Shown here in pieces: positions 29,786-39,352 of a DNA stretch of 64,000 bases. The stretch is from Bacteroidales bacterium (GTDB lineage Bacteria; Bacteroidota; Bacteroidia; Bacteroidales; VadinHA17), in the NCBI GenBank assembly GCA_036759025.1, contig DAIOVL010000001.1, positions 123,539 through 187,538 of the forward strand, read 5' to 3'. Under the pieces are notes generated by a model. That model had not been told where the DNA came from, searched no databases, and saw nothing but the letters and a program-made list of their open reading frames with translations. The first letter of the stretch is position 1, and each line of letters begins with the position of its first letter. A program made the position numbers and the translations under genes.

Positions 29786-32145
29786 ATTTTAATACCCAGA
29801 ACAAGGACGTCATCGACCTGTTCATACCCGTCTTTCCATTCTTCAAAAGACCTTTCAAGTATCGACTTCTGTTCAGGCATTGGCAGAGTATGGTTTTTCA
29901 GGAGTAGTTCCTGGAATGGCTTATACATGAATTTTCTGCCTTTGGGACCTCCGAACTGGTCAGCATAACCATCAGAGAACATGTACAGATAATCTCCGGT
30001 TTCTATTTTAATATTTTTGTTTGTAAAAGGTGTGAACGAAATGAAGTGTATCCCGATCGGCATGTGATCGGCCTGGAATTTTTGCAAAGCTCCTCCTCTT
30101 ATGAGGTACAGAGGATTATTGGCTCCGGCATAATCAAGCCTTCCTGCCTGACGGTCGATGATAACAAGTGAAATATCCATACCGTCGCGTGTTTCTCCTG
30201 CCGTGCCTTTCTGCCTCAGTGTGTTAATTATCTCTTCTCTCAGTAAGTTCAGTATCGTTGCAGCATTGCCTGTTTCTTTCGTGTTTATTATCTCTTCAAG
30301 AAATGCATGTCCCAGCATGCTCATGAATGCTCCTGGTACTCCATGCCCGGTGCAATCGGCTGCAGCCAGATACAATCTTCCATTCTTATTCGCTCCCCAG
30401 TAGAAGTCACCGCTCACAATATCTTTAGGTTTGAAGAGAATAAAATTCTCGATTCCCCAGTTGTCGATGAAGTCGGGCGGCGGAAGCACAGCTGTCTGTA
30501 TCCTTCTGGCATACTGAATACTGTCGGTGATGGACAGATTTTTCTGTTCAATGATCTCCTTCTGTCGTATGACTTCAGCATTTGTCATTTCAAGGTCAGA
30601 ATTTATTAACTCTATCTGCCTCTTGCTTTCTGCCAGTTTCAGGTTCTTTTTACGGGTTGAGATGAGACCGAAGAGTATCATAACTGCAACTATGACCATC
30701 AGGATTACGAGAAAGATAGCCATATTTCTTATCTGCCTGGCCTTGCGGGCATTTTCTTCCTCCTGCTTTCTCTGCGTTTCGAGGAGCTGGTTCTCGGTTC
30801 TAAGCAGCCGTTCCTGTTCAGCGATCCTGTCAATCTCAAGTTGCTGAATCCTTGCTTCCTGTTCCAGAGATATCACTCTCGCCTGGTTTTCCCTGGCAAT
30901 ATTCTTCTCTCTTTCAAGGAGCAGGGACTGGGAGATCCTTTCTCTTTCAAGACTGTCCAGTTCTTTTTCCTTTATAAGCAGGTTTATTTCATTTTCTCTT
31001 CTCTCAGCTTCTGCCCTCAGGTTTTTCAATTCCAGGTCCCTGATCTCTTCCTCGGCAAGTTCATTTTTTATTCTTGATTCAATTGCCTCATATTCAGCAA
31101 TTCTGTCTTCATTGTATCTTTCCGCAAGCCTTCTTTCATAGTTGAGCGAATCGCGCAGATTCAGATATTTTTCGTAATACTGGAGAGCCTTGATATAATC
31201 GTTGCCGTCTTCCAGAACATCAGAATAATCGTGGTAGCACAGGTACAGGGCGTCTGAATTTCCTGACTTCAATGCTGATTCTATGCAACTTATGCAATAT
31301 ACTTCAGCGTGATAATTATCACCTTTTTTGAAGTAGACATTAGCCATGATCCTTTGGATTCTGGCAGCCTCAGCTGTTCTGTCTGCGGCCGTTGCATGCC
31401 GGAGGGCTTTGCTGAAGCATTCAAGCATTTCTATCTCATTTCCGGCATTCTGATAGCAAATGGCGATATTCGACCAGGCTTCTGTCAGGAAATGATCATC
31501 GGTGCCGCCTCTTTGAGAAATTTCGATTGCTTCTGAGATCAGTTCTATTGCCTTACCGGTCTCCTGCTTTCTGAAGTATAATATACCTGCCTGGTTATAT
31601 GCTGAAGCCAGCTCGCGGGTGTTGTTCTCCGGTGTATAGAAAGCAATCATGTGTTCATACTGTGCCAGAGCCCTGTCGTGATATCCCAGCTGTGAATAGA
31701 GTATACCCAGTTGTCCGCGGCAGCGCATAGATGCCTGGTCATCGCCTGTTTTTTCAAGGATGGTAACAGCTCTTTCATACCAGATTGATGACACTGAGTC
31801 GAGCATAAGGTTGAAGTACGAAAGTCCTGCTTTTTCGTATAGATCTGACAGGATTATCTCTTCATCTTTTGCTGTTTTTTGTGAAGCCTGTTCATAATAA
31901 AGTGCAGCCTTTTTATAGATACCCAGTTCAAAGTAGTCATCAGCAATAGTTTTGAGTACTTCAGCTTCCATGGCTGTCTGACCCAGTTTCCTGTATTCTT
32001 CTCCGGCTTTAAGGTTTTTTCGTAATGTAATTTCCCACTCTTCCGGGAGATCATCCTGCATAGCGGTAATAATGCCCGGGCTGGCCATACCCGATGCCTG
32101 TAATGACAAAATTATCAATAATATGGTCAGTAATTTTCTAACCAT
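29782..32145 (-). CDS. TPR-repeat sensor protein with coiled coil, single TM and C-terminal SpoIIE/PP2C phosphatase domain
   Basis: Signal peptide, multiple TPR-like units, a very charged coiled coil of about 130 aa, and the TM segment MAIFLVILMVIVAVMILFGLI. The PP2C domain shows VSGDFYW ... AAADCTGHGVPGAFMSM ... DGMDISL ... SDGYADQFGG. Confidence 0.8.
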   Translation of the reverse strand: MVRKLLTILLIILSLQASGMASPGIITAMQDDLPEEWEITLRKNLKAGEEYRKLGQTAMEAEVLKTIADDYFELGIYKKAALYYEQASQKTAKDEEIILSDLYEKAGLSYFNLMLDSVSSIWYERAVTILEKTGDDQASMRCRGQLGILYSQLGYHDRALAQYEHMIAFYTPENNTRELASAYNQAGILYFRKQETGKAIELISEAIEISQRGGTDDHFLTEAWSNIAICYQNAGNEIEMLECFSKALRHATAADRTAEAARIQRIMANVYFKKGDNYHAEVYCISCIESALKSGNSDALYLCYHDYSDVLEDGNDYIKALQYYEKYLNLRDSLNYERRLAERYNEDRIAEYEAIESRIKNELAEEEIRDLELKNLRAEAERRENEINLLIKEKELDSLERERISQSLLLEREKNIARENQARVISLEQEARIQQLEIDRIAEQERLLRTENQLLETQRKQEEENARKARQIRNMAIFLVILMVIVAVMILFGLISTRKKNLKLAESKRQIELINSDLEMTNAEVIRQKEIIEQKNLSITDSIQYARRIQTAVLPPPDFIDNWGIENFILFKPKDIVSGDFYWGANKNGRLYLAAADCTGHGVPGAFMSMLGHAFLEEIINTKETGNAATILNLLREEIINTLRQKGTAGETRDGMDISLVIIDRQAGRLDYAGANNPLYLIRGGALQKFQADHMPIGIHFISFTPFTNKNIKIETGDYLYMFSDGYADQFGGPKGRKFMYKPFQELLLKNHTLPMPEQKSILERSFEEWKDGYEQVDDVLVLGIKI

Positions 32146-34520
32146 CAGTTAAGGGTGTATGTCAAACCCAGGCTGATACTTCTTCCTGTCTGGGGATTAT
32201 AGGTAAGCGCACTCTTCATTCCAGAGTAGGCAGGGCCTCCATATTTTTCATCAAAAATATTGTTGATCTTTATAAAGCCGTTTAGATTGGCTCCGATCCT
32301 GTAGCTGGCAACAAAGTCCATACAGTAGTAACCATCATAATCCTGAATGATGTCTTCGTAAATTTCCTTGATAGGCATCAGAACCCTTAACCAGCTCGAT
32401 TCCCAGTTACTGGTTATCTGAAAATAGAGGTTCTTCAAAGGCTCGGCCGAGATTTTCAGCTGTCCGTAATGATTGGGATTGAGGCTCAGGTTGCTTATAT
32501 AGTCGGTTGCAATTTCCAGTATGTCGGGGCGTTTATCACTGTACATGGCCAGTGTTAAACTGAGTTCAAGGTCAAGACGGATCCTTTTTATGAGGTCATC
32601 TTTCCTGAATGTGCTTTGGATACCGAATAATCTTGATGCTGATTCACTGCTGTTGTCCCTTATGAGCACACTGTCAGTTTCAGGTGTGATTACAGCCACA
32701 GGAAGGCCGAATGTGTTCACCGGCCTGTACATTTCGACGATGGGGTCAGTTACCACATTGTAATAGAATGAGATATTGGTATGAAGGCCTCTTCTTGAAT
32801 TACGGATAAGCCCTGCTTCAACCGACATGAATGTCTCCGGTTTCAGTCCGGGATTGGGGACAGCGAGATATATCAGGCTGTCGAGAGCTTTTCCGGTTTT
32901 GTAGGCAATCGACTGCCAGGCCATTGATGGAGGAGGGGCTTTATAGGCGAAGCCCACCGATCCCCTGAAGCTGGTCTTCGGGTTCATAATAAATAATCCT
33001 GCCAGACGGGGGCTGATACTGACTCCGTACATAGAATTGTTATCAATCCTTATTCCGCCCATGAACCTGAATCTGTTAAGCGAATAGTATGCCTGGGCAA
33101 AGGCTGATACGTTATGGTAGACGATAGGGTTTATTCCGAAGTTATTGGAAAGAGTGTCGTACAAACCTGCTTTGGTACTGAAGAAACTGTAGTCGTCCTG
33201 GTCGAAGGGTGCATCCAGGAAATTTGTCTGCGGCAGGGTCCCCGAATACTGGTAAGTAATACCTGACATAATTTCGAGTTCAGGTCCGGGCATGATCGTG
33301 AGCAGTTGCTCGAACAGAAGATCCCTGCCGGCAGCATACCTGTATACCTTGTCGGTGTAATCGATAAAAGTTATCCCCATGTTTGAATTATTGTCCATCT
33401 TGTAGACAAGGCTGGTGATATTGGTTGTGGTGGAGAATTTCGGCGACCATTCATGATTGTAGCTGATAGCTGTCGAACGAATGTTTTCTCCCCAGAAATT
33501 CTGAGGATTGTTATATTTGAACAGATATGGCGATTGTCCGAGAGAACTGTGTGTCCTTCTGTACATGTTGTTGTATGACAATGATATACCTTTGAATTTA
33601 AGATGCAGGCCGAGGTTATTGCCTTCTGCAGGAAGCTCTTCGACAAGAGGAGAGATAAGGCTGCCTTCATAATTAACCGGGTAATTTTCGCTGACAAATT
33701 CCGCAGGGCTTATTCCTTCTGACAGAAGGAGTGTTTCAGTTATGTCAATTGCTTTGTATGATGTTCCCCCTATTGAAAAGGCTGTGCCCTTTTCATGCAG
33801 GTACTGCAAAGGATTGTATATCTTATCGTAGCCTTCAACTACATTCAGGTCGCTCACTTCATTCAATCCTCCGTAGAAAGTATATTGAAGTATGTTTTTG
33901 TATTTCCCCGTTTTTCCTCCCACCATAAAACTTCCGTTTCTGTATTCACTGAGGCCCAGTCCGAGGTCTGCCATTACGAAAGTACCTTTTTCGGCTTCGC
34001 GGGTGATTATGTTTATTACGCCTGATACTGCGTCGGCACCGTATATGGCAGCAGCAGGGCCGTATATTATCTCGATCCTTTCTGCCTGGCGTATTGGTAA
34101 CTGAGGGCCTACGGGCATTCCTGTGACTCCTCCGGGTTTAACCGGTAGCCCGTTTACAAGTATCATGGTGTACATATTACCGATAAGTCCCCTCAGCTTG
34201 AAGCTCTCCCCGAATTCTCCGTTGCCGGGCTGGGAAACAAGCATGCCGGGAAGGCTTTTTACCACATCGGTCAGGGAGATGTAATGATTGCGAAGGATCT
34301 CCTCCCTGGTCACGACAAAGATCGTGATGGGCAGCTCTCCTATTTTTTTTGAACTGCGGCTTGCTGAAATGACATTCATTTCAATCGTGTCTTCAACAAA
34401 GAGCAGATCGGAGGCTTCAAGCTTCTGTGGACCGTATCTGTTGGTATTTTCAGACTGCTGGCCCTGCAGGCTCAGAAATCCTGAAAGCAATAACGCAAAT
34501 ATCGAAATCCTTGATCTCAT
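32145..34520 (-). CDS. TonB-dependent receptor
   Basis: Plug motifs (ITIFVVTREEILRNHYISLTDVVKSLPG ... IEIIYGPAAAIYGADAVSGVINIIT) and a barrel ending ...GLTYTLN. The signal-peptide start MRSRISIFALLL is at 34520; the ORF extends to 34598. Confidence 0.8.
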   Translation of the reverse strand: MRSRISIFALLLSGFLSLQGQQSENTNRYGPQKLEASDLLFVEDTIEMNVISASRSSKKIGELPITIFVVTREEILRNHYISLTDVVKSLPGMLVSQPGNGEFGESFKLRGLIGNMYTMILVNGLPVKPGGVTGMPVGPQLPIRQAERIEIIYGPAAAIYGADAVSGVINIITREAEKGTFVMADLGLGLSEYRNGSFMVGGKTGKYKNILQYTFYGGLNEVSDLNVVEGYDKIYNPLQYLHEKGTAFSIGGTSYKAIDITETLLLSEGISPAEFVSENYPVNYEGSLISPLVEELPAEGNNLGLHLKFKGISLSYNNMYRRTHSSLGQSPYLFKYNNPQNFWGENIRSTAISYNHEWSPKFSTTTNITSLVYKMDNNSNMGITFIDYTDKVYRYAAGRDLLFEQLLTIMPGPELEIMSGITYQYSGTLPQTNFLDAPFDQDDYSFFSTKAGLYDTLSNNFGINPIVYHNVSAFAQAYYSLNRFRFMGGIRIDNNSMYGVSISPRLAGLFIMNPKTSFRGSVGFAYKAPPPSMAWQSIAYKTGKALDSLIYLAVPNPGLKPETFMSVEAGLIRNSRRGLHTNISFYYNVVTDPIVEMYRPVNTFGLPVAVITPETDSVLIRDNSSESASRLFGIQSTFRKDDLIKRIRLDLELSLTLAMYSDKRPDILEIATDYISNLSLNPNHYGQLKISAEPLKNLYFQITSNWESSWLRVLMPIKEIYEDIIQDYDGYYCMDFVASYRIGANLNGFIKINNIFDEKYGGPAYSGMKSALTYNPQTGRSISLGLTYTLN

Positions 34521-34662
34521 CCCCGGGAAAACAACATTAAAAATATGAAAAATATGCTTAACCAGTGTATTTAAGTTAATCTGAAGGGTATATTTCATTT
34601 TTCACTTCTTATGCTTATTTTTAGCGTCACAAAGAATTGTAATATTAATGATATAATCCGTC

Positions 34663-35565
34663 ATGAAAAACAAACAGTCCAGAAGAGAATTCATAAAAGT
34701 GACAGCTGCCGGTGCACTGGGCGCAGCTTTTCTGTCAGGTTATGGTTGTAAGGACAAGGCATCTCAATATTTAGGGCTGCAGCTTTACACTATCAGAGAT
34801 GCTATGACAGCTGATCCTTTGGGTGCCCTGAAGCTTGTTGCTGATACCGGATACAGCTTTATTGAGCTTGCAGATTATGCAAACAGAAAGTTCTATAATT
34901 ATGATCCTGCAGAATTCCTGAAGATCGTTAGTGATCTTGGAATGGACATAATTGCCAGCCACACTCAGGTTGAGGGAGTGGGGGTGACTCTTGACAATGC
35001 GAGGATTATGGCTGAAGATCATGCAAAAATTGGCGTAAAGTACTGTCTGCAGCCCTGGATAGTTGAGGAAATGAGGACTTCGATTGCCAGTTACCAGAGG
35101 ATGGCAGAGAACTGGAACAGGATAGGGGAGGTCATGAAGGAATTTGGTATTCAGTTCGGTTATCATAATCATAATTTTGAATTTGCCACCGTAGAAGGGA
35201 AGATCCCTTATTTTGATGTTATGCTTGCAGAACTTGACAGGGATCTTGTAACTATGGAGCTGGATGTATTCTGGACAAGCAAGGCTGGGCACAATCCTGT
35301 CGACCTGATCAATAAATATCCCGGAAGATTTCAGCTTCTGCATCTCAAGGACATGTATACACGCGAAGCGCCCTTTTATGAAGTTATCAAGACTGACATC
35401 GCACCTGTGGGAGAAGGAGTTATCGACTTCAGGGAAATACTTGCAGCAAGTGGCACTGCCGGGATGAAATATATGATAGTGGAGCAGGATGAAAGCAGGA
35501 CGAATACTATTCTTGAAGATATTAAAACCAGCTACACTAATCTTACCACAAAAATACTGGTTTGA
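34663..35565 (+). CDS. Sugar phosphate isomerase/epimerase (xylose isomerase-like TIM barrel) with Tat-type signal
   Basis: Twin-arginine-like SRREFIKVTAAGALGAAFL, plus the TIM-barrel pattern (YHNHNFEF ... LHLKD ... IVEQD). Confidence 0.8.
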   Translation: MKNKQSRREFIKVTAAGALGAAFLSGYGCKDKASQYLGLQLYTIRDAMTADPLGALKLVADTGYSFIELADYANRKFYNYDPAEFLKIVSDLGMDIIASHTQVEGVGVTLDNARIMAEDHAKIGVKYCLQPWIVEEMRTSIASYQRMAENWNRIGEVMKEFGIQFGYHNHNFEFATVEGKIPYFDVMLAELDRDLVTMELDVFWTSKAGHNPVDLINKYPGRFQLLHLKDMYTREAPFYEVIKTDIAPVGEGVIDFREILAASGTAGMKYMIVEQDESRTNTILEDIKTSYTNLTTKILV

Positions 35566-35626
35566 TTCCGGGTCATTTTTGTTGAATAGATATTACAGGG
35601 CTGATCTTTGAAGGCTGCCTCTTCAT

Positions 35627-36226
35627 TTACCAGTTTGAATCGTACCACGACCTGACATCGGTAACCACCATTCCGGCATTCCTGGCAGCCTCAATGCCCA
35701 GGTCGCCGTCTTCAAAGACTTCAATAACGGAAGGATCCACGTTCATGAGTTCCGCACATCTCAGAAATGTTTCGGGATGTGGTTTGAAATTGGTGACATC
35801 ATTCGCCGTAACGATTATATCAAAATATTTCAGTAAGCCGGTTATCTCAAGGGTTCTGATCACGGCATTCCTGTGACCTCCGGTGCCGACAGCCATGGGC
35901 AGAATACCGTGATACTTGTTTACGATGTCAGCAACAGGGCCTATTGGTTTTACATTATGCTGCACATTGTAATATTGTTCCAGTTTTTCCTCAATTATCT
36001 GTTCGGCTGTTACCTTGCCTTCAAGTCCGCAGCTCTTTACTATTTCGGATGCTATAATCCACCCCGGGCTCCCGGTATGTTTCCGTAAAAATGCCGGATC
36101 AATATCTGCTCCGTATTTCATGCAGGCTTTCTTCCACCCGTCAAAATGATATGGCATTGTGTCGGCAAGGGTGCCGTCGAGATCAAAGATCAAACCTTTT
36201 ATTCCCGGTTTTATGTCGTATTTCAT
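35627..36226 (-). CDS. HAD superfamily hydrolase (beta-phosphoglucomutase-like subfamily)
   Basis: Motif I LIFDLDGTLADT and the motif IV region VFEDGDLGIEAA. The ORF extension to 36286 would read through the tkt terminator hairpin, so the start is placed at MKYDIK (36226). Confidence 0.8.
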   Translation of the reverse strand: MKYDIKPGIKGLIFDLDGTLADTMPYHFDGWKKACMKYGADIDPAFLRKHTGSPGWIIASEIVKSCGLEGKVTAEQIIEEKLEQYYNVQHNVKPIGPVADIVNKYHGILPMAVGTGGHRNAVIRTLEITGLLKYFDIIVTANDVTNFKPHPETFLRCAELMNVDPSVIEVFEDGDLGIEAARNAGMVVTDVRSWYDSNW

Positions 36227-36260
36227 GATAATGATAAAGGGTGCAAAGATATAAAAAAAA

Positions 36261-36283
36261 GAGGCCGTTGATGAGACGGCCTC
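36261..36283 (-). terminator. Rho-independent terminator after tkt
   Basis: GAGGCCGT-ctcatca-ACGGCCTC followed by TTTTTTTT on the minus strand, 22 nt after the tkt stop. Confidence 0.75.
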
Positions 36284-36304
36284 CAAAACGAATGATCATA
36301 ATGT

Positions 36305-38347
36305 TTACTTCTTATATTGAGCCAGATACTCTTTCACCTGGCGGTAAACATTCTCAGCGGTGAAGCCAAATTTTTCATCCAGAACCTTGTAGGGAGCCGA
36401 GTATCCAAAGCCCGGTACTCCCCATACTTTACCTGCAGGACCTGCAAGCCCCTGAAGAGTAACAGGCAGTCCGGCCGTAAGCCCGAAAACAGGTATCCCC
36501 CCGGGGATGACGGTCTCACGGTACTCCTCCTTTTGAAGCCTGAACAGCCCTTCGGAAGGAGCTGAGACGATTCTTATTTTAAGGCCTTCATTTTTGAGAA
36601 GCGCGGCTCCTTCAAAAAGAGTGGCAACCTCAGATCCGCTGGCAATAAGAATTATGTCGGGCTTTCCGTTACAGTCTTCCACAATATATGCTCCTCCTGA
36701 CATACTTAATGCATCAGAATACCGGCTGCTCCCTGACGGTGGCAGATCTTTTATGTTCTGACGCGAGAGAATAAGTGCTGTGGGAGTTTTCCTGTTTTCC
36801 AGTGCCAGTTTCCACGCAACTGTCGTTTCAGCAGAGTCGGCAGGACGCAGTACAAGGATACTGTTATCTCCGTGGTGGTTCTTAAGATGTTCCATCAGTC
36901 TTATCTGGGCTTCCTGTTCGACGGGCTGATGTGTGGGGCCATCTTCACCGACCCTGAAGGCATCATGAGTCCAGATATAGATTACCGGCAGTTCCATCAG
37001 ACAAGCCATCCTGACAGCCGGTTTCATGTAGTCGGAGAACACGAAAAAAGTTCCGCAAGCTGGAATAACGCCGCCGTGAAGAGCTATCCCGTTCATAACC
37101 GCAGCCATGGTCAACTCCGCCACACCTGCCTGAAGGAAAGCGCCTGAGAAATCTCCTTTTTGAAAAGCTTTTGTGTTTTTCAGGAATCCGTCAGTCTTAT
37201 CGGAATTTGAAAGGTCGGCCGATGCCACTATCATGTTTTCAACATTCTTTGCAAGCGCTGCAAGAACGGCCGATGAAGCAGCCCTGGTAGCCGATCCTTC
37301 CTTCTGTGGGATACTTTCGAAATCTATATCAGGGATTCTTCCCGAGTAGAACATTGTCAGTTTTTTATCCAGATCGCTGTTATTCGAAGCCCAGTCAGCC
37401 TTTTTCTTCTTCCACTCTGAGACTTTTTTCCTCTTCTCTTCAAGAGCTTTTTCATAAAGTTCCTTTACTTCACTGAAGATCATAAAGGGATGCCGAGGGT
37501 CTCCTCCCAGGTTCACCAGCGATTTTTCGTACGAACCTCCGGCTTCACTAACAGGCATGCCGTGTGTGGAAGTTTTTCTTTCAAAGCTCTTTCCCTCATT
37601 GTCGAGCAGTCCTTTTCCCATAATGGTTTTACCAATTATGAGAACAGGTTTAGAGGTTGACTTTATTGCCTTGCCCAGGGCATCACGTATCTGATGCTGA
37701 TCGTTCCCTTCAATTGTAATGACATCCCAGCCCCAGGCCCTGTATTTCATTGCCGTATCCTCAACGGTGACGGCACTGGTCTCGGTGCTGAGCTGAATGT
37801 CATTTGAATCATAGAACATTACAAGGTTACTGAGCCCGAGGTATCCTGCCAGGCGGCCCGCTCCCTGTGATATCTCTTCCTGTATGCCGCCGTCGGAAAT
37901 AAAAGCAAATGTTTTATGAGAAAAAAGCTCTCCGAACCTGGCAACAAGAAATCTTTCAGCAATGGCTGAACCTACTGCCATCGTATGTCCCTGTCCGAGA
38001 GGACCTGACGTGTTCTCAATACCCCTCGAAATGTCAAGTTCCGGGTGGCCGGGAGTCGGACTTCCCCACTGGCGGAATTGCATGAGTTCCTCTGTTTTGA
38101 ACAGGCCTGTCAGCGCCAGCTGTGAATATAACATAGGCGACATGTGTCCAGGGTCAAGAAAGAATCTGTCGCGGTTCATCCAGGAAGGATCGTCAGGGTC
38201 GAAGTTCAGAAATTCGGAGAAGAGAATGTGTATGAAATCAGCTCCTCCCATGGCGCCTCCGGGATGACCCGACCTTGATTTTTCAACCATCGACATTGAC
38301 AGTATGCGGATATTGTCAGCCGCCATCTTGTTTACATCTTTATTCAT
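36305..38347 (-). CDS. tkt: Transketolase
   Basis: N-terminal SGHPGGAMGGADF TPP-binding pattern, GDG-type motif ISDGGIQEE, 680 aa. Confidence 0.95.
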   Translation of the reverse strand: MNKDVNKMAADNIRILSMSMVEKSRSGHPGGAMGGADFIHILFSEFLNFDPDDPSWMNRDRFFLDPGHMSPMLYSQLALTGLFKTEELMQFRQWGSPTPGHPELDISRGIENTSGPLGQGHTMAVGSAIAERFLVARFGELFSHKTFAFISDGGIQEEISQGAGRLAGYLGLSNLVMFYDSNDIQLSTETSAVTVEDTAMKYRAWGWDVITIEGNDQHQIRDALGKAIKSTSKPVLIIGKTIMGKGLLDNEGKSFERKTSTHGMPVSEAGGSYEKSLVNLGGDPRHPFMIFSEVKELYEKALEEKRKKVSEWKKKKADWASNNSDLDKKLTMFYSGRIPDIDFESIPQKEGSATRAASSAVLAALAKNVENMIVASADLSNSDKTDGFLKNTKAFQKGDFSGAFLQAGVAELTMAAVMNGIALHGGVIPACGTFFVFSDYMKPAVRMACLMELPVIYIWTHDAFRVGEDGPTHQPVEQEAQIRLMEHLKNHHGDNSILVLRPADSAETTVAWKLALENRKTPTALILSRQNIKDLPPSGSSRYSDALSMSGGAYIVEDCNGKPDIILIASGSEVATLFEGAALLKNEGLKIRIVSAPSEGLFRLQKEEYRETVIPGGIPVFGLTAGLPVTLQGLAGPAGKVWGVPGFGYSAPYKVLDEKFGFTAENVYRQVKEYLAQYKK

Positions 38348-38384
38348 AGCTTATCACAGAATTTAAAATTATTGTCAGTGCAGG

Positions 38385-38392
38385 CAAAAATA
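38385..38392 (-). promoter_or_regulatory. Possible Bacteroidota-type -7 promoter element (TATTTTTG = TAnnTTTG) for tkt
   Basis: The minus-strand sequence TATTTTTG lies about 38 nt upstream of the tkt ATG. A TTTG lies about 20 nt further upstream, and the element is downstream of the hydrogenase-operon terminator. This is a motif match only. Confidence 0.3.
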
Positions 38393-38432
38393 AGATAAAT
38401 CGGGCAGAGAACAAAACATACAAAACACAGAA

Positions 38433-38454
38433 GGGACGCCCGAGAAAGCGTCCC
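38433..38454 (-). terminator. Rho-independent terminator ending the hydrogenase operon
   Basis: GGGACGC-tttctcgg-GCGTCCC followed by the T-rich TTCTGTGTTTTGTATGTTTTG on the minus strand, 25 nt after the last operon stop. Confidence 0.7.
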
Positions 38455-38478
38455 TGAAAATTTGCGTATAACAACTGA

Positions 38479-38892
38479 TTACAGGTATTTTTTGTCTTCT
38501 TCCGGAATATCAAAATACTTGTTATAACGGTCAGCATCAGGACCTTTGACTTCCACTTTGTCATCACCCAGCTTGAATGTACATTTCTCACCTCCGATAT
38601 CCGAGAAATAGACATCGTACTGTTTCCCGTCCTCTTCAACTCTGATGATCCTTACCAGATGGTTGTATTTTGCGCTGTTCAGCTGCGAGTGACAGATAGG
38701 GCAGGTGTAGATGTACTCTTCACCTTCTTCGATCGAAAACGGTGGATGCGTGGTAGTAGTGTAGTTACCCAATTCGGGATCGAGAAGAACAAGGCCTCTC
38801 TGAGAACTGTTTAACTTTGACGCCGCAAGGATAATAGACGTTTTTACCTTAAGGTGTCCTTTGCACATTTTACACAGATAATCAACTGCCAT
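38479..38892 (-). CDS. Hypothetical CxxC...CxxC (zinc-ribbon-like) protein, last gene of the hydrogenase operon
   Basis: 137 aa with CKMCKGH ... CPICHSQL about 55 residues apart. Its start is 2 nt after the protease stop. I recognise no family. Confidence 0.5.
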   Translation of the reverse strand: MAVDYLCKMCKGHLKVKTSIILAASKLNSSQRGLVLLDPELGNYTTTTHPPFSIEEGEEYIYTCPICHSQLNSAKYNHLVRIIRVEEDGKQYDVYFSDIGGEKCTFKLGDDKVEVKGPDADRYNKYFDIPEEDKKYL

Positions 38893-38894
38893 GG

Positions 38895-39347
38895 TTACCT
38901 CCTGTCGTTAATATGGTTAATAATTTCATCAGAAACACTTCTTACAAGATACGAAATATTTTCACCAAATCCAATATTGGCAGGCTGAATTCCGAGAATA
39001 TAGACTTCCGCCCTGAAGAAATCGCTTATCCTGGCAAGGGAGATATTGTGAGTGTTGAATGTGAGATCTGAAACCTCACCGACTTTCAGAAGTTTAATTG
39101 TGCCCGGAGTTTCCTTCATGTCGACACAGTCGATAAGTATCAGGATGTCGGGATCAAGTGAATTTATTTTGCCGATATAATTTTCAATGCTGACTTCAAC
39201 GGAAAGGGAGGCAATATTTTCCTGAGGATGTATGTTATTGCTGATATATACTCCTGCTCCGTCGTCGCTGCGGAGAACATTTCCAATACCGACAAAAAGG
39301 ATCTTTTTGGAGGTGAGGCTGAGGAGATTTTTAAGTTCAGGAATCAT
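38895..39347 (-). CDS. Hydrogenase maturation endopeptidase (HycI/HybD family)
   Basis: ILFVGIGNVLRSDDGAGVYI ... LILIDCVD ... THNISL motifs (the Asp/Asp/His metal-site pattern). Confidence 0.85.
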   Translation of the reverse strand: MIPELKNLLSLTSKKILFVGIGNVLRSDDGAGVYISNNIHPQENIASLSVEVSIENYIGKINSLDPDILILIDCVDMKETPGTIKLLKVGEVSDLTFNTHNISLARISDFFRAEVYILGIQPANIGFGENISYLVRSVSDEIINHINDRR

Positions 39348-39352
39348 CCTGA

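Noticed and set aside
34771-35343. 190-aa minus-strand ORF inside the sugar-phosphate isomerase gene
   Set aside because: The plus-strand product has a Tat signal and a TIM-barrel pattern. The antisense ORF has none.
38340-38639. 99-aa minus-strand ORF bridging the tkt start and the Zn-ribbon gene
   Set aside because: It would read through the terminator hairpin at 38433-38454 and overlaps the better-supported 38479..38892 ORF in another frame.
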